From Geosiphon pyriformis uo1 (Eukaryota > Fungi > Glomeromycota): a stretch of DNA of 9,171 nt. The notes below the pieces were generated by a model. It was given only the letters and a program-made list of their open reading frames with translations. It made no database searches and was not told the origin of the DNA. The stretch spans positions 1 to 9,171 of the forward strand of contig JAAOMT010000619.1 in assembly GCA_016748015.1 (NCBI GenBank). The letters are read 5' to 3'. The position numbers and the translations under genes were made by a program. Positions 1 through 8,735 of this stretch are shown piece by piece. Numbering within the stretch: position 1 is the first letter of the stretch; each line of letters begins with the position of its first letter.

Positions 1-9
1 TTTTAGGAA

Positions 10-10
<1 letters not shown>

Positions 11-49
<39 letters not shown>
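11..49 (+). repeat. Poly(A) tract (39 nt) followed by A/G-rich low-complexity sequence, inside the 3' LTR
   Basis: Direct reading. Confidence 0.95.
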
Positions 50-51
<2 letters not shown>

Positions 52-470
52 AAAGAAAAAGAAAGAGAGAAAAGATAAATTAATATCATCAATCGCCATG
101 ATCAAGAGCAATTGGTCCAAATTATTAATAGGTTTGAGGTGGTTATGCTAAGAGCATCTGTTCTAGAATGGAGGTACGAGACAAGGGTTAATTCACGTAA
201 ATTCCATGAAGTTCGAGAACATGAATTTGTAATTCTGATTTCTTTTAATAATTGGTTTATTTCAAGAGATGAAATAAAAAAGATAATAAAGGATAAAGGG
301 GTATGGATATTTAATTCTTGTCTAGAGGTTCATATCTATTTGTCTGTCATTTTTCACTTCTACAACTACTTGCTTTTATACATTCTTTTGGTTTTACAGG
401 ATTGCTTTCAATTGTCTCACTATTGCTAGTTATTGCTTTGTTGTTTCTGTTATTGCTTCGTTTTTCTATG

Positions 471-660
471 TTATTGCTAGTTATCCTATGTTATAACACA
501 TTATCTGATGTTATTACATATTATTCTGTATTATCCTGCGTTATAACATGTTATCTTACGTTATTGCATGCTATTCTGTGTTATCCTGCATTATAACACA
601 TTATTCTATGTTATAACATGTTATCCAATGTTATTGTATGTTATTCTGTGTTATGTCACG
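471..660. repeat. Tandem array of 19 phased 10-bp units (TTAT-N4-YR) with 50-bp higher-order structure; degenerate units extend to about 420
   Basis: TTAT recurs every 10 bp from 471 to 651 (one CTAT variant at 571); 50-bp blocks 481-530, 531-580 and 601-650 align unit by unit. Confidence 0.93.
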
Positions 661-713
661 TTTTTGGTCACGTTTCTTCATAACTTTGGATTGGTTTTTC
701 TACTCAAGTAACA

Positions 714-729
714 TTATCCCTCTCTTTTT
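714..729 (-). promoter_or_regulatory. Polypurine tract AAAAAGAGAGGGATAA
   Basis: 15 of 16 purines on the minus strand, preceded by a T run and directly abutting TGTTAC (3' LTR start). Confidence 0.85.
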
Positions 730-1462
730 AAAATTGAGCTTCTGCAAAACCATATGTATCTGTTATTGTGGCTTTGTTCATGTAATGTTTGATTGTTGCC
801 TCGAGTATTGCCTTTTGTAGGTCTTTGAACTGTTGATTGGTTATTTGTTTTATGTTGTTAACCATTATGGTTTTCATAGATCCATTCAGTAGTATATTTG
901 GACAATGTTGGAAGGCAGCATATAGTCAGTATGCTGCTTTGTAATGTAAAGTCAGATTTTTTTTTCCTACAAATTTTTCTACTTGTTGTATTGCTTCTTT
1001 GTTGAATATTTTCTGGCTGAGGTCTTTGTATAGTGTTTTCAAGTCAAGCTGTTCTCTAATTTTGTAGAACCAATAAGCTGAAGAAAGTCTTTCTTTCCAT
1101 TCCTGGGCATTGTCAGGTGTCTACTCCCCTGTTTTGGAGAGTTTGGTCTCACAAGCTAAAGCTTCTTTTATTTCTTCGAGCTTGGAGACCAAGTATCTTC
1201 TTTTGTAACCTTTTTCTTGTTCTTTGTCTCCTTCTTTTCCACCTTCCGGCTGAAGGCAATTTTTCCTCCAACATTGCCTTTTGGGTGGTGGGTAAAGAAG
1301 GGAACATTTAGTTCTAATTGAACTCTCGTCCTCCCCTTTCTTGCTCTTATCTTTGTACCGTATCTCTTTTTTATCAATTGTTATTTCTATTTAAGATGTC
1401 GATTTTTGAATTGTTTCAAATAATTGTTTAGACAATTTTAAAAATTGATCTGAAAGATCCAT
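728..1462 (-). pseudogene. ORF3: 244-codon hypothetical protein between integrase and PPT, three premature stops
   Basis: ATG 1462 (MDLSDQFLKLSKQLFETIQK) to TAA 730..728 (YGFAEAQF*) in one frame with no frameshift; only 3 internal stops (1393, 1123, 928), each one transition from a sense codon. Confidence 0.75.
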
Positions 1463-1541
1463 GTTGAAATTTTTATAATTTTTGCTGCTTTTTGGATGCT
1501 ATATATATTTGAATTTCCCAATTTAATTTGCTGCCCATTGT

Positions 1542-2909
1542 CTACATTTTGATAACAATGATTGGTTCCAGATCTTGTGGTATATTTTCTAGTTTGATTA
1601 ATGAAATTTGTGTTCCTAGTTGAGATACTGATGACAATGATTCCTGTTTTACATGATAAATTTTTAACCAATTTCTATGCGCTACTTTTTTTAAAATCCT
1701 GTCTTCCAATCGTAATTTGTAAGCTCTATTTCCTAATGCTTTGTGTATGTGGAATAGACCATCCCATTTTGGGTCAAACTTTCCACTCTACTGTTTCTCA
1801 GCTTTTGTATAATGTAACAGTACTTGGTCTCCAATCTTGAATTCCATTGGTTGTTCTGATAGGTGTTTATCATGTCTTTCTTTTTGTCATTTTTGAGCAT
1901 GACTAATATTGTCAACTGCTGTTCTTCGATTGTTTTCCAATGTTTCTATTAGCTGGTATGTTCTTTGGTATAAAGTAGCTTCAAAATTTTTTTCATTGAT
2001 TGTTTTTGTTGGGTATAATGGTATCACTCGTTCAATTGGTAATGTAGCTTTTCTTTCATAGACTAGTTTGAATAGTGTGAACTGAGTCGTATTTTGTTTC
2101 AATATTCAATATGCAAAGAGTATAGAAGGTATGAATAAGTTCCATTCTTGTCTGTTTTTATGACTTATTTTTGCTAGTGCTTTGTACAGTGTTCTGTTAA
2201 ATCGTTCTACCAGTCTGTTTGTTTGTGGGTGGTATAGTGACAATAAGAGTCTCTTTATTCCAAACTGTTGGCTTAGTTCAGTTAGCATATTATTAACAAA
2301 GTGTGTTCCCTGATCAGATAATAATTCTTTTGGACATCCATGTCAGCAAATTAGGTCTTAATGCACAAATTCGGTGACTGTTTTGGTGTTAGCCACTTGG
2401 ATTGCTCTGGCTTTTGGCCATTTTGTAAGATAGTCTATAGTTATAGTGATATAGCGATTTTCTTGGGATGTAATTAAAAGAGGTCCAACCAAATCAATCC
2501 CAATTCTATCAAATGAATTTCCAACTGGAATGGGTCGAAGTGGTTCTGTTGATCTTGCTCCTCCTTTTCGCTGGCATGCGTCACAATTGAGCATGTATTC
2601 AAAAATGTCTTTGTACATTATTGGCCAATAATATAAGTTTAGTGTTCTTTTGAGGATAACATCTTTGTTAAAGTGTCCTGCAGTCAGATCTGAGTGCACA
2701 CTATATAGTATAGTTTTTCTTTCACTGTTCTTGATTAGTCATTGTGGGTTGGGGTGGTTTCGGCGTTCTTGTCAATATAGTTGGTTGTCTTAAATAAAAT
2801 AATTTTGGGCTTGTTTTTGTATGATATTCTGTTCTTGTTGAGATAATATCTCCTTAAAATGTAGTGTTAATAAGTACTGATGTAGTCGGTGATAAGTGAG
2901 TGTGTCCAT
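1542..2909 (-). pseudogene. Integrase (HHCC zinc-binding, DDE core, GPY/F C-terminal domain), own ATG, 455 codons with premature stops
   Basis: One frame from ATG 2909 (MDTLTYHRLHQYL) to TAG 1544..1542 (DLEPIIVIKM*). H-x6-H...CDAC; GIDLVGP, LSDQGTHF, LVERFNRTL; FKIGDQVLL...KFDPKWDGLFHI...AYKL. Confidence 0.95.
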
Positions 2910-2919
2910 GGGTCTGGGA

Positions 2920-3336
2920 TTAGGTTTGTAGCATTCTCAACAAATTGTTGGCATTGGTGTTCTTGGATTCTTCTTTGTAATAGACTTTGAGTGGGAATTG
3001 TTGCAGATAAGTACTTCATCTCGCATATTTTCTTTCTAGTTGTGGATTGTTGAGTAACCAAATAAGTCCTTTGTGGTCAGTATATAGGTCAAATGATTAA
3101 CTAAGGTAATGTTTCCAAGTCTGTATGGCCCAATAAATGGTGAGACATTTCAGATCTGTTGTGCTGTAATTTTTTTCTGCTGGGCTAGTGCTGTGACTAG
3201 CATAGGCAACTGAGTGTTCTCTATTGTCCAGTTCTATCTGTGATAAAACTGCTCCTAAAGCATTTTTCGAAGCATCTGTAGTGACAATGAACTGTTTAGT
3301 GAAATCTGGGTAAATCAGGATTGGGAATGTGATCAA
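2920..3336 (-). pseudogene. RNase H domain (Ty3-type), ending ORF1 at TAA 2922..2920
   Basis: TDASKNALGAVLSQ, VAYAS, AEKNYSTTDLKCLTIYWAI, LYTDHKGL, and NTNANNLLR (N-x-x-A-D-x-L-S-R motif) followed by MLQT*. Confidence 0.95.
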
Positions 3337-3378
3337 TCACTGCTTAAGATAGTCGAATGCTTTCTGTTGATCTTCCTT

Positions 3379-4260
3379 TCACAAGTATGGTACGTATTTG
3401 AACAACAATTGATGGAGTGGTTTTGTGATATTCGAGAAATCTTTGACAAATTGATGATAATATCCTGCCAATCCTAGAAATCTTCGTAATTCTCTGAGGT
3501 TGATTGGGGCTGGAAAATCCTTGACTTTTTGTACTTTATTTGGATCAGGTTTAACTCTGTTCTTGCCAATTACATGTCCTAGAAATTTTAACTCAGTTTT
3601 TCCAAAGAAGCACTTCTCGGGATTGAGTTTCAATCAAGCACTACAAAGATATTTGAAGACTTGTTGCAAATGAAGCAGATGGTTTTCAAATGTTTCGGAG
3701 AACACATTTGTGTTGTTTAGGTAGACTACTACTAATTTCCAAAGGATTCCTTTGTATACTACATCTATCAGGCATTGAAATGTGGCAGGAGCATTACAAA
3801 GTCCAAAAGGCATTATGTTAAATTCAAAGTTTCTATCTCAAGTGGTAAACGCTGTTTTTTTTTTGTCTTTGGGATCTATTTCAACTTGTCAGTAACTACT
3901 TGCTAAATCTAATGATGAGAACCATTTCTTTTTTCCTAGATTGTTCAGAATTTCCTGGATGAGGGGAGTAAGATAACTATTTCCTCGCGTGATGCTATTT
4001 AGTTTTTGATAATCTATGCAGAATTGCACTTTTCTATTTTTCTTGGTAACCAAGACTACTAGTAAGAACCAAGGGCTTAACAATTTTTTGATTAGGCTGT
4101 TATCAAGCATCTGTTGCACTTCTTGCTTAATTAGATTATTGCCAGATGGGAGTATGCGGTAAGCTTATTGCTTAATTGATCAAGTGTCTCCCATATCAAT
4201 CTGATGCTTCACAATGTTGGTGCATTTGAACTCATTTTCACTGGCAAAAACATTGGCATA
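3379..4260 (-). pseudogene. pol: Reverse transcriptase domain (Ty3/Gypsy type), catalytically dead; approximate bounds
   Basis: Single frame: SPWFLLVVLVTKK, FCIDYQKLN, FSSLDLASSY*Q, KTAFTT, MPFGLCNAPATFQ, VYLNN (YLDD mutated, 3712..3723), LKLNPEKCFF, FLGH, LRRFLGLAGYY. Confidence 0.97.
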
Positions 4261-4746
4261 CTAATTCAGAAGGACTTTGAATTGCATTTGTTGCAGGGTA
4301 CTTAAATTTCCTAAATTCAATTTATTGATATCTTCTGGTGTAAACAAGTATTTTTCTTTTAACAAATTCCATACTTGTGAGATAATGTCACAGAATAAGA
4401 ATAATTGTGTGAAATCTAGAATAAACTGGGGTTTTTCAGGATTCTGAATATCTGCGGATATAGAACTGATAAGGGTCCCTTTGGGGATTTCAATGACATC
4501 TTCTGTCGGGTTGTGGATGGAGATTTTGAAGTGTTTATGGGCTTTGGCTAGTAGGTATAGATTAGCAACATCGGTTAAGGAACATATTTTGGGACTGGCT
4601 TCAAATAACAGGGCTTGATCTTGGATTTTTTGATTCACCTTAAGGATGTATTATCAGTATGGGGGAATAGAGATAATGGTGTTGGTGTTGATAAGTTCTA
4701 TCTGGTCACTGTCTTCCTCCATGAAATTAACTGGTACGTTTCCTCT

Positions 4747-5134
4747 TCCACTTGATCCAAATCTGTTGATTCCTCAGGCAGTGAGATCTGGTTGTTACTG
4801 GGGTTAATTGGAGTATTTTAACTAGGGGTAGGAAGATAGCTTGGGCAATCTTTTCTTGTGATTCTATTTTGTAGGGTCTGTCTGAATTGTTCTGTAGCAT
4901 CACAATAATGTTTCCCATGTAACCGGCATCAATGATTCCTCCTTTTATGTTGATTTTTTTCTTGGCTAGACTAGATCGAAAGGCAACATGTACCATTGTA
5001 CTAACAGAAATTTCTAACGCTATCTTAAGATTTATTTTTACAAGGGAATGTGGGGCTATAATGATGGATGATTGTCCAGAGTATTGTAGGTCAAAACTGG
5101 CATCGGTGTCATGTGCTCTTTTGGGGCAGATTCC
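4747..5134 (-). pseudogene. dut: Trimeric-family dUTPase domain within the polyprotein (frameshift near 4787)
   Basis: All five dUTPase motifs in order: AHDTDASFDL (I), FRSSLA (II), GGIIDAGYMGNI (III), KIAQAI (IV) and, after a frameshift, TA*GINRFGSSG (V, consensus RGxxGFGSSG). Confidence 0.93.
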
Positions 5135-5323
5135 TTCTTCGTTGTCACTGTACCATTTTAGCTCTAGTTTTTTGGATAGGTTGGGATACGTGAGATACTG
5201 TTCTGTTTCGGTATCCTCAGTTGGATTTTGAAATGACATGTCTTCAGTGATCAATACCTCTTTTTCAGGCTCAGGTAGTTCAGTGATTGAAAACAGTATT
5301 TTTGGAGGCGGATTGAACATGAG

Positions 5324-5932
5324 ATCATATTTGTCGCAGTATTAGAAGTGACAGGGGATCAAACAGTGATCACACAGTTTGGTATTCAAATCGGCCAACC
5401 TTTGCTCCTGTTCTTTGCGAGTTGGGGCCAATTTCTAATATCGGTTCTGAAATACGTCTAGGTTATCTGTAAAGAAATCATTTTTGGGGTAGTCGGGTCC
5501 ATTATATTCAGGCGTCCAAGAATTGTCCTTGATTTCTTGTATTTCTTCGGGCATAACATCTTTGGCCTTGGCACTTGCCATTCTCCAGATTTTGTGGTCA
5601 TTGTGTGGATAACCATCCAGCCTATTGAGTGCTCGTTTCTAAGCATCCTCAATGAGGGTTCCCTTTTGTACTTAATCATTGATTAATATGGTGTATTGAC
5701 AAGCCTCATCACATGTTCCTTCTCTGCCAGGCACATCATTTCAGAGTCCTTCATCTGGCAGGATTTCACCACATGCAAGGCATGACATGTTGTCTTACTT
5801 GCCTTGTCATTTTGGTCATCCAAATCTTTCCAGTAAACAAGATCTGCAATAGTATTTGGTGGCGGTGGGCCATTTTTCGTTGTTCCCAATATATGCGTCC
5901 ATAGTAGATAGTTTTTTTCCACAATCAACACA
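5324..5932 (-). pseudogene. Cys-rich insert (putative zinc-binding modules) between protease and dUTPase
   Basis: In frame with PR and dUTPase when read through stops: CVDC...CRSC...CLAC...CDEAC...CDHCLIPCHF*YCDKY. Confidence 0.65.
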
Positions 5933-6189
5933 TATTAGTCTTGGGAGTTGGTAAAATAAGTTTCTTTGGTCTGAAGTTACATATTCTAGTGATGACAATT
6001 GAAATTTTTCTTTGGCTCTGCCTTTTCTTTTTTTTTCCCAGGTTGGTGGTAGAGGTAGTTCAGTTCGATAATCATCCGCCCATGAAACCTAATAGGTCTC
6101 GATAGTTGGTGGCATTGATGTGTCTTTGAATTCAATAAGGAGTTCCTCAGTATGTTGGGTTTTAAAGTGTCCGCATGTAGCTGGGACTT

Positions 6190-6545
6190 GGGCATGCTGT
6201 CTGTTGAACATGAGTTGATGTTCTTGAGTGTTCCAGTCGAGAGTAGTATTGGCTTTTGACAACCAATCATTTCCTATTAGAGCTTGATATTAAGTAACTT
6301 CCATGACGAGTACTTTGGTAGGAATTTGGATTTCATTAATCTTGAAGGGGAAGTTGTCAATTTCTCTTATCGGGGTTTTTGTGTTTCCATCTATTGTAAT
6401 GATCTGGGTGGTAGCAGCACGGTCTATTTGGCAACCTAGTTGGTCTATGAGCTGCTTTGTGATTATGCTACCGGCTGATCTGCTATCCAGGATTAATTTA
6501 ATGTCTATTTTTCCGACTCTGGCATCAGTGTATAAGACTGTTATT
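6190..6545 (-). pseudogene. Retropepsin-like aspartic protease domain (approximate bounds)
   Basis: IKLILDSRSAGSII (D-S-G motif with G>R), IITIDG flap region, and *YQALIGNDWL (hhGxDWL motif) in the same frame. Confidence 0.9.
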
Positions 6546-6979
6546 GGTTTATCCTGATTGATGGTTGCTCCACTAAAAAGGCTATGAGTGTTCAAATTAT
6601 TGATGTTAAAAGGAAATATGGTGGTTAGAGTGGTGTCTTTGGTAATAGTGGCTGGTGGGATATTGCTTTTTGTTTACTTAGAAGGTTGGGAGATTTGTTC
6701 TATATTCCCCTCTTCTACAGGTGTAGATTTATCAAAACCCTGGTCTTCCATAAGACCGAGATAGGAAGCTTGATTCAGGTATCCAGTTGGTGTTGGTCGA
6801 GATTGGGCAGGACCACAAGGGATTGGTTGAGACGGTCCACTGTTGGTTTGCACCTGATTGTTGTTGAGATTCCTTCATTCTTGATTATAGTTTATAGCTC
6901 GAGGTCTGAACGGACTGTAAGGGGAAGTTTGATAGTGAAGGATTGCTTGTGTCATTGGTGGTGGTTGAGTGTACGGGAC

Positions 6980-8714
6980 TTTGTTGTGTGTATAGGGGCA
7001 GTTGATTCTGAGGTATAGAATATTGGGGTATTATGTTTTGCTGATATCTGAGTTGCTAGTATGGGTTTCTTTGATTTTGGTCCATAATCTTCCTTCTGCA
7101 GTCATGGGTGATGTGTCCAGATTTCTGGTAGTAGTAACAGTTGCAGGAATCGGATCTCCAAGGTTGTTGCTGTTGTTGACAGTTCTATTGCTGTGGATAT
7201 TTGCTGTTGTTATTATTTTCTCTCCGTTGGGGTGGTTGGTAAGTTTCTATAGTTCTGGCTAAGAATCTCTCAATTTTCTGAGTTAGTTTCTCACTTAATT
7301 GAGTTATCTTTGTATTGATGTCAGAGGTTCCATTAATGGCTAAATTAATGGCTTGGGTATGGTTCGCTTCTTGTTTTGTAGACTCAAAATCGCGAATGAG
7401 AGTGACAGTGTCTTGCAAACTGGTCAGATGACGGGATCTTATGAATCTTAGAATACCACTCCACAATCCTTTAATAAATTGATTAAAAACTTGTGCCACG
7501 GTATAGTAGTCCCTTTCAATAGCTAATATTTAACACAGAATTTGATTGAATCATCCAAGATAAGTAGTTACTGCTTCATGATCTTTTTGTTTAATTATGC
7601 TGAATTGATTCTGCAATCAGATTAACATATTGGGGTTACAGAAGTATTGTAGAAATGCGAGTTTAAACTCGGTAAAGGAGGTAGACTTCTCTGCAAGGCT
7701 CTGGTACCATGAATTGGCGGTTCCAATCAAAAAAAATGGCAGTGCCTGAATTGTGTGGTCATCGTTCCAACCGTTAGCAGTAATTGCTTTCTCAGTGTCC
7801 ACAATCCAAGAATATGTGTTATCTTCTTCACCAGAGAATTTTTCCAATTTAGCAATATCCCAGTAAGCTATGATCTGGTTAATGGGTGGGGTGTTACTGG
7901 TTATGTTTAAAGGGATTGGTGTCCGCGTATTCAAGTGTTCTTTGGGTGCTAATGCTGGTTGCTTTCCTTTGTCACTTGAACCAATAGATTGTAAGATAGC
8001 TGTTTCTTCCATCAAGGAAGATGCTGATTCTGCTAGGTTTTAGGCTGGTGGCTGTTCTCAAGTTGATGGGTTTCCTTCTGTTAGACTATTTACTGGGGTA
8101 AGATTTCCAAACAGCAATCTGTATTCTCCTAGTGATTTGGTCCAACTGTGTTGATTCCAAGGGTGTGGATTTCCAGAAGTTTGTGGTGTTTCCAACTGGG
8201 TTTCCAGGGGTGGGTTGAATACAATTCTACTTTGGGGTGTCTGATAGTATGATGGAGTTGTTGAGGAGAGGACCCTTGGTTTCTTTTTGACCATGGACTT
8301 GGCTTGGGCAGTTATGGGGTTGTTGGATTTGTTTTCGTATTCCTCAGGATTGGATTCCACTGGTTGTTGTACTTAAAGAAATCATTGTGCTATGTAATAT
8401 TTAATGTCTGTATTGATTATGTACAGAGTTTCAGCAATTGCTTGGGTAGTCGTGGCTGTTGAGTACCCTAGTAAGCTTTGATAAATTTGTTCTCCAAGTC
8501 TTCCTATATCAGTTGCATGACCTAACAAGCAGTTAATTTTTGCATTGATATAGTTACAAAAATCACTTTTTGCATAAGCAGTTTCTGCTAGTATTCCTAG
8601 GTCTTTTTGAAAGTATTGAAATAATGCTTTTCCATATGAGAAGTGGTTTTTTCTTATTGTTTCAATAGTCACTACTTTTATGTATTTTTGGAGGTGCTCT
8701 GTTTCTGTGAATTT
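6980..8714 (-). pseudogene. gag: Gag region: N-terminal extension, retrotransposon capsid domain, CCHC zinc knuckle, Q/P-rich tail; multiple premature stops
   Basis: ORF fragments 8382..8672, 8058..8360, 7617..8015 and 7185..7499 are all in one frame. Capsid-like motifs LEKFSGEED..SW, LPFFLIGTANSWY, F.EFKLAFLQYF, IKQKDHEAVTTY, QFIKGL. Start codon not identified. Confidence 0.9.
7098..7139 (-). other. Gag nucleocapsid zinc knuckle Cx2Cx4Hx4C (second Cys mutated to Tyr)
   Basis: Translation C-Y-Y-Y-Q-K-S-G-H-I-T-H-D-C in the gag frame; TAC is one G>A change from TGC. Confidence 0.85.
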
Positions 8715-8717
8715 ATA

Positions 8718-8735
8718 ACCTCACAGAAAGCACCA
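8718..8735 (-). promoter_or_regulatory. Primer-binding site, 18 nt TGGTGCTTTCTGTGAGGT, probably for an elongator tRNA-Met-like primer
   Basis: Starts with TGG 2 nt after the LTR CA. Its complement parses as a tRNA 3' end: AC-CTCAC (T-loop/T-stem), AGAAAGC (acceptor strand), A, CCA, like eukaryotic elongator tRNA-Met ends (...CCTCAC-N5-GC-A-CCA). tRNA identity is inferred. Confidence 0.8.

Larger units (their letters stand above)
1..713 (-). repeat. 3' LTR, partial (U3 start; continues beyond window)
   Basis: Begins TGTTAC immediately after the PPT; non-coding, AT-rich. Confidence 0.8.

Noticed and set aside
489-618. TGTTATAACA palindromes as LTR-LTR junctions or integration footprints
   Set aside because: They are in-phase units of the 10-bp array and have CG/CA variants at the equivalent positions (539, 589), consistent with CpG decay
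471-660. CRISPR-like array
   Set aside because: Period is only 10 bp with a 6-bp conserved core, no spacer-length unique sequences and no cas genes; it is a minisatellite in an LTR
112-820. Plus-strand ORFs 112..429, 318..596 and 638..820
   Set aside because: Low-complexity Leu/Ile/Cys-rich translations produced by T-rich LTR and repeat sequence; no recognisable domain
728-1462. ORF3 as an envelope gene
   Set aside because: No N-terminal signal peptide or hydrophobic transmembrane segment in the read-through translation
1168-1671. Minus-strand track ORFs 1168..1377 and 1438..1671 as real genes
   Set aside because: They are off-frame overlaps of the integrase C-terminus and of the longer ORF3 frame
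1542-1700. Chromodomain at integrase C-terminus
   Set aside because: After the GPY/F domain there is only a short low-complexity tail ending LEPIIVIKM*, with no YLVKW-type chromodomain signature
1117-7262. Other plus-strand ORFs (for example 4932..5231, 6303..6557, 6686..7018, 7002..7262)
   Set aside because: Antisense shadows of the minus-strand gag/pol frames
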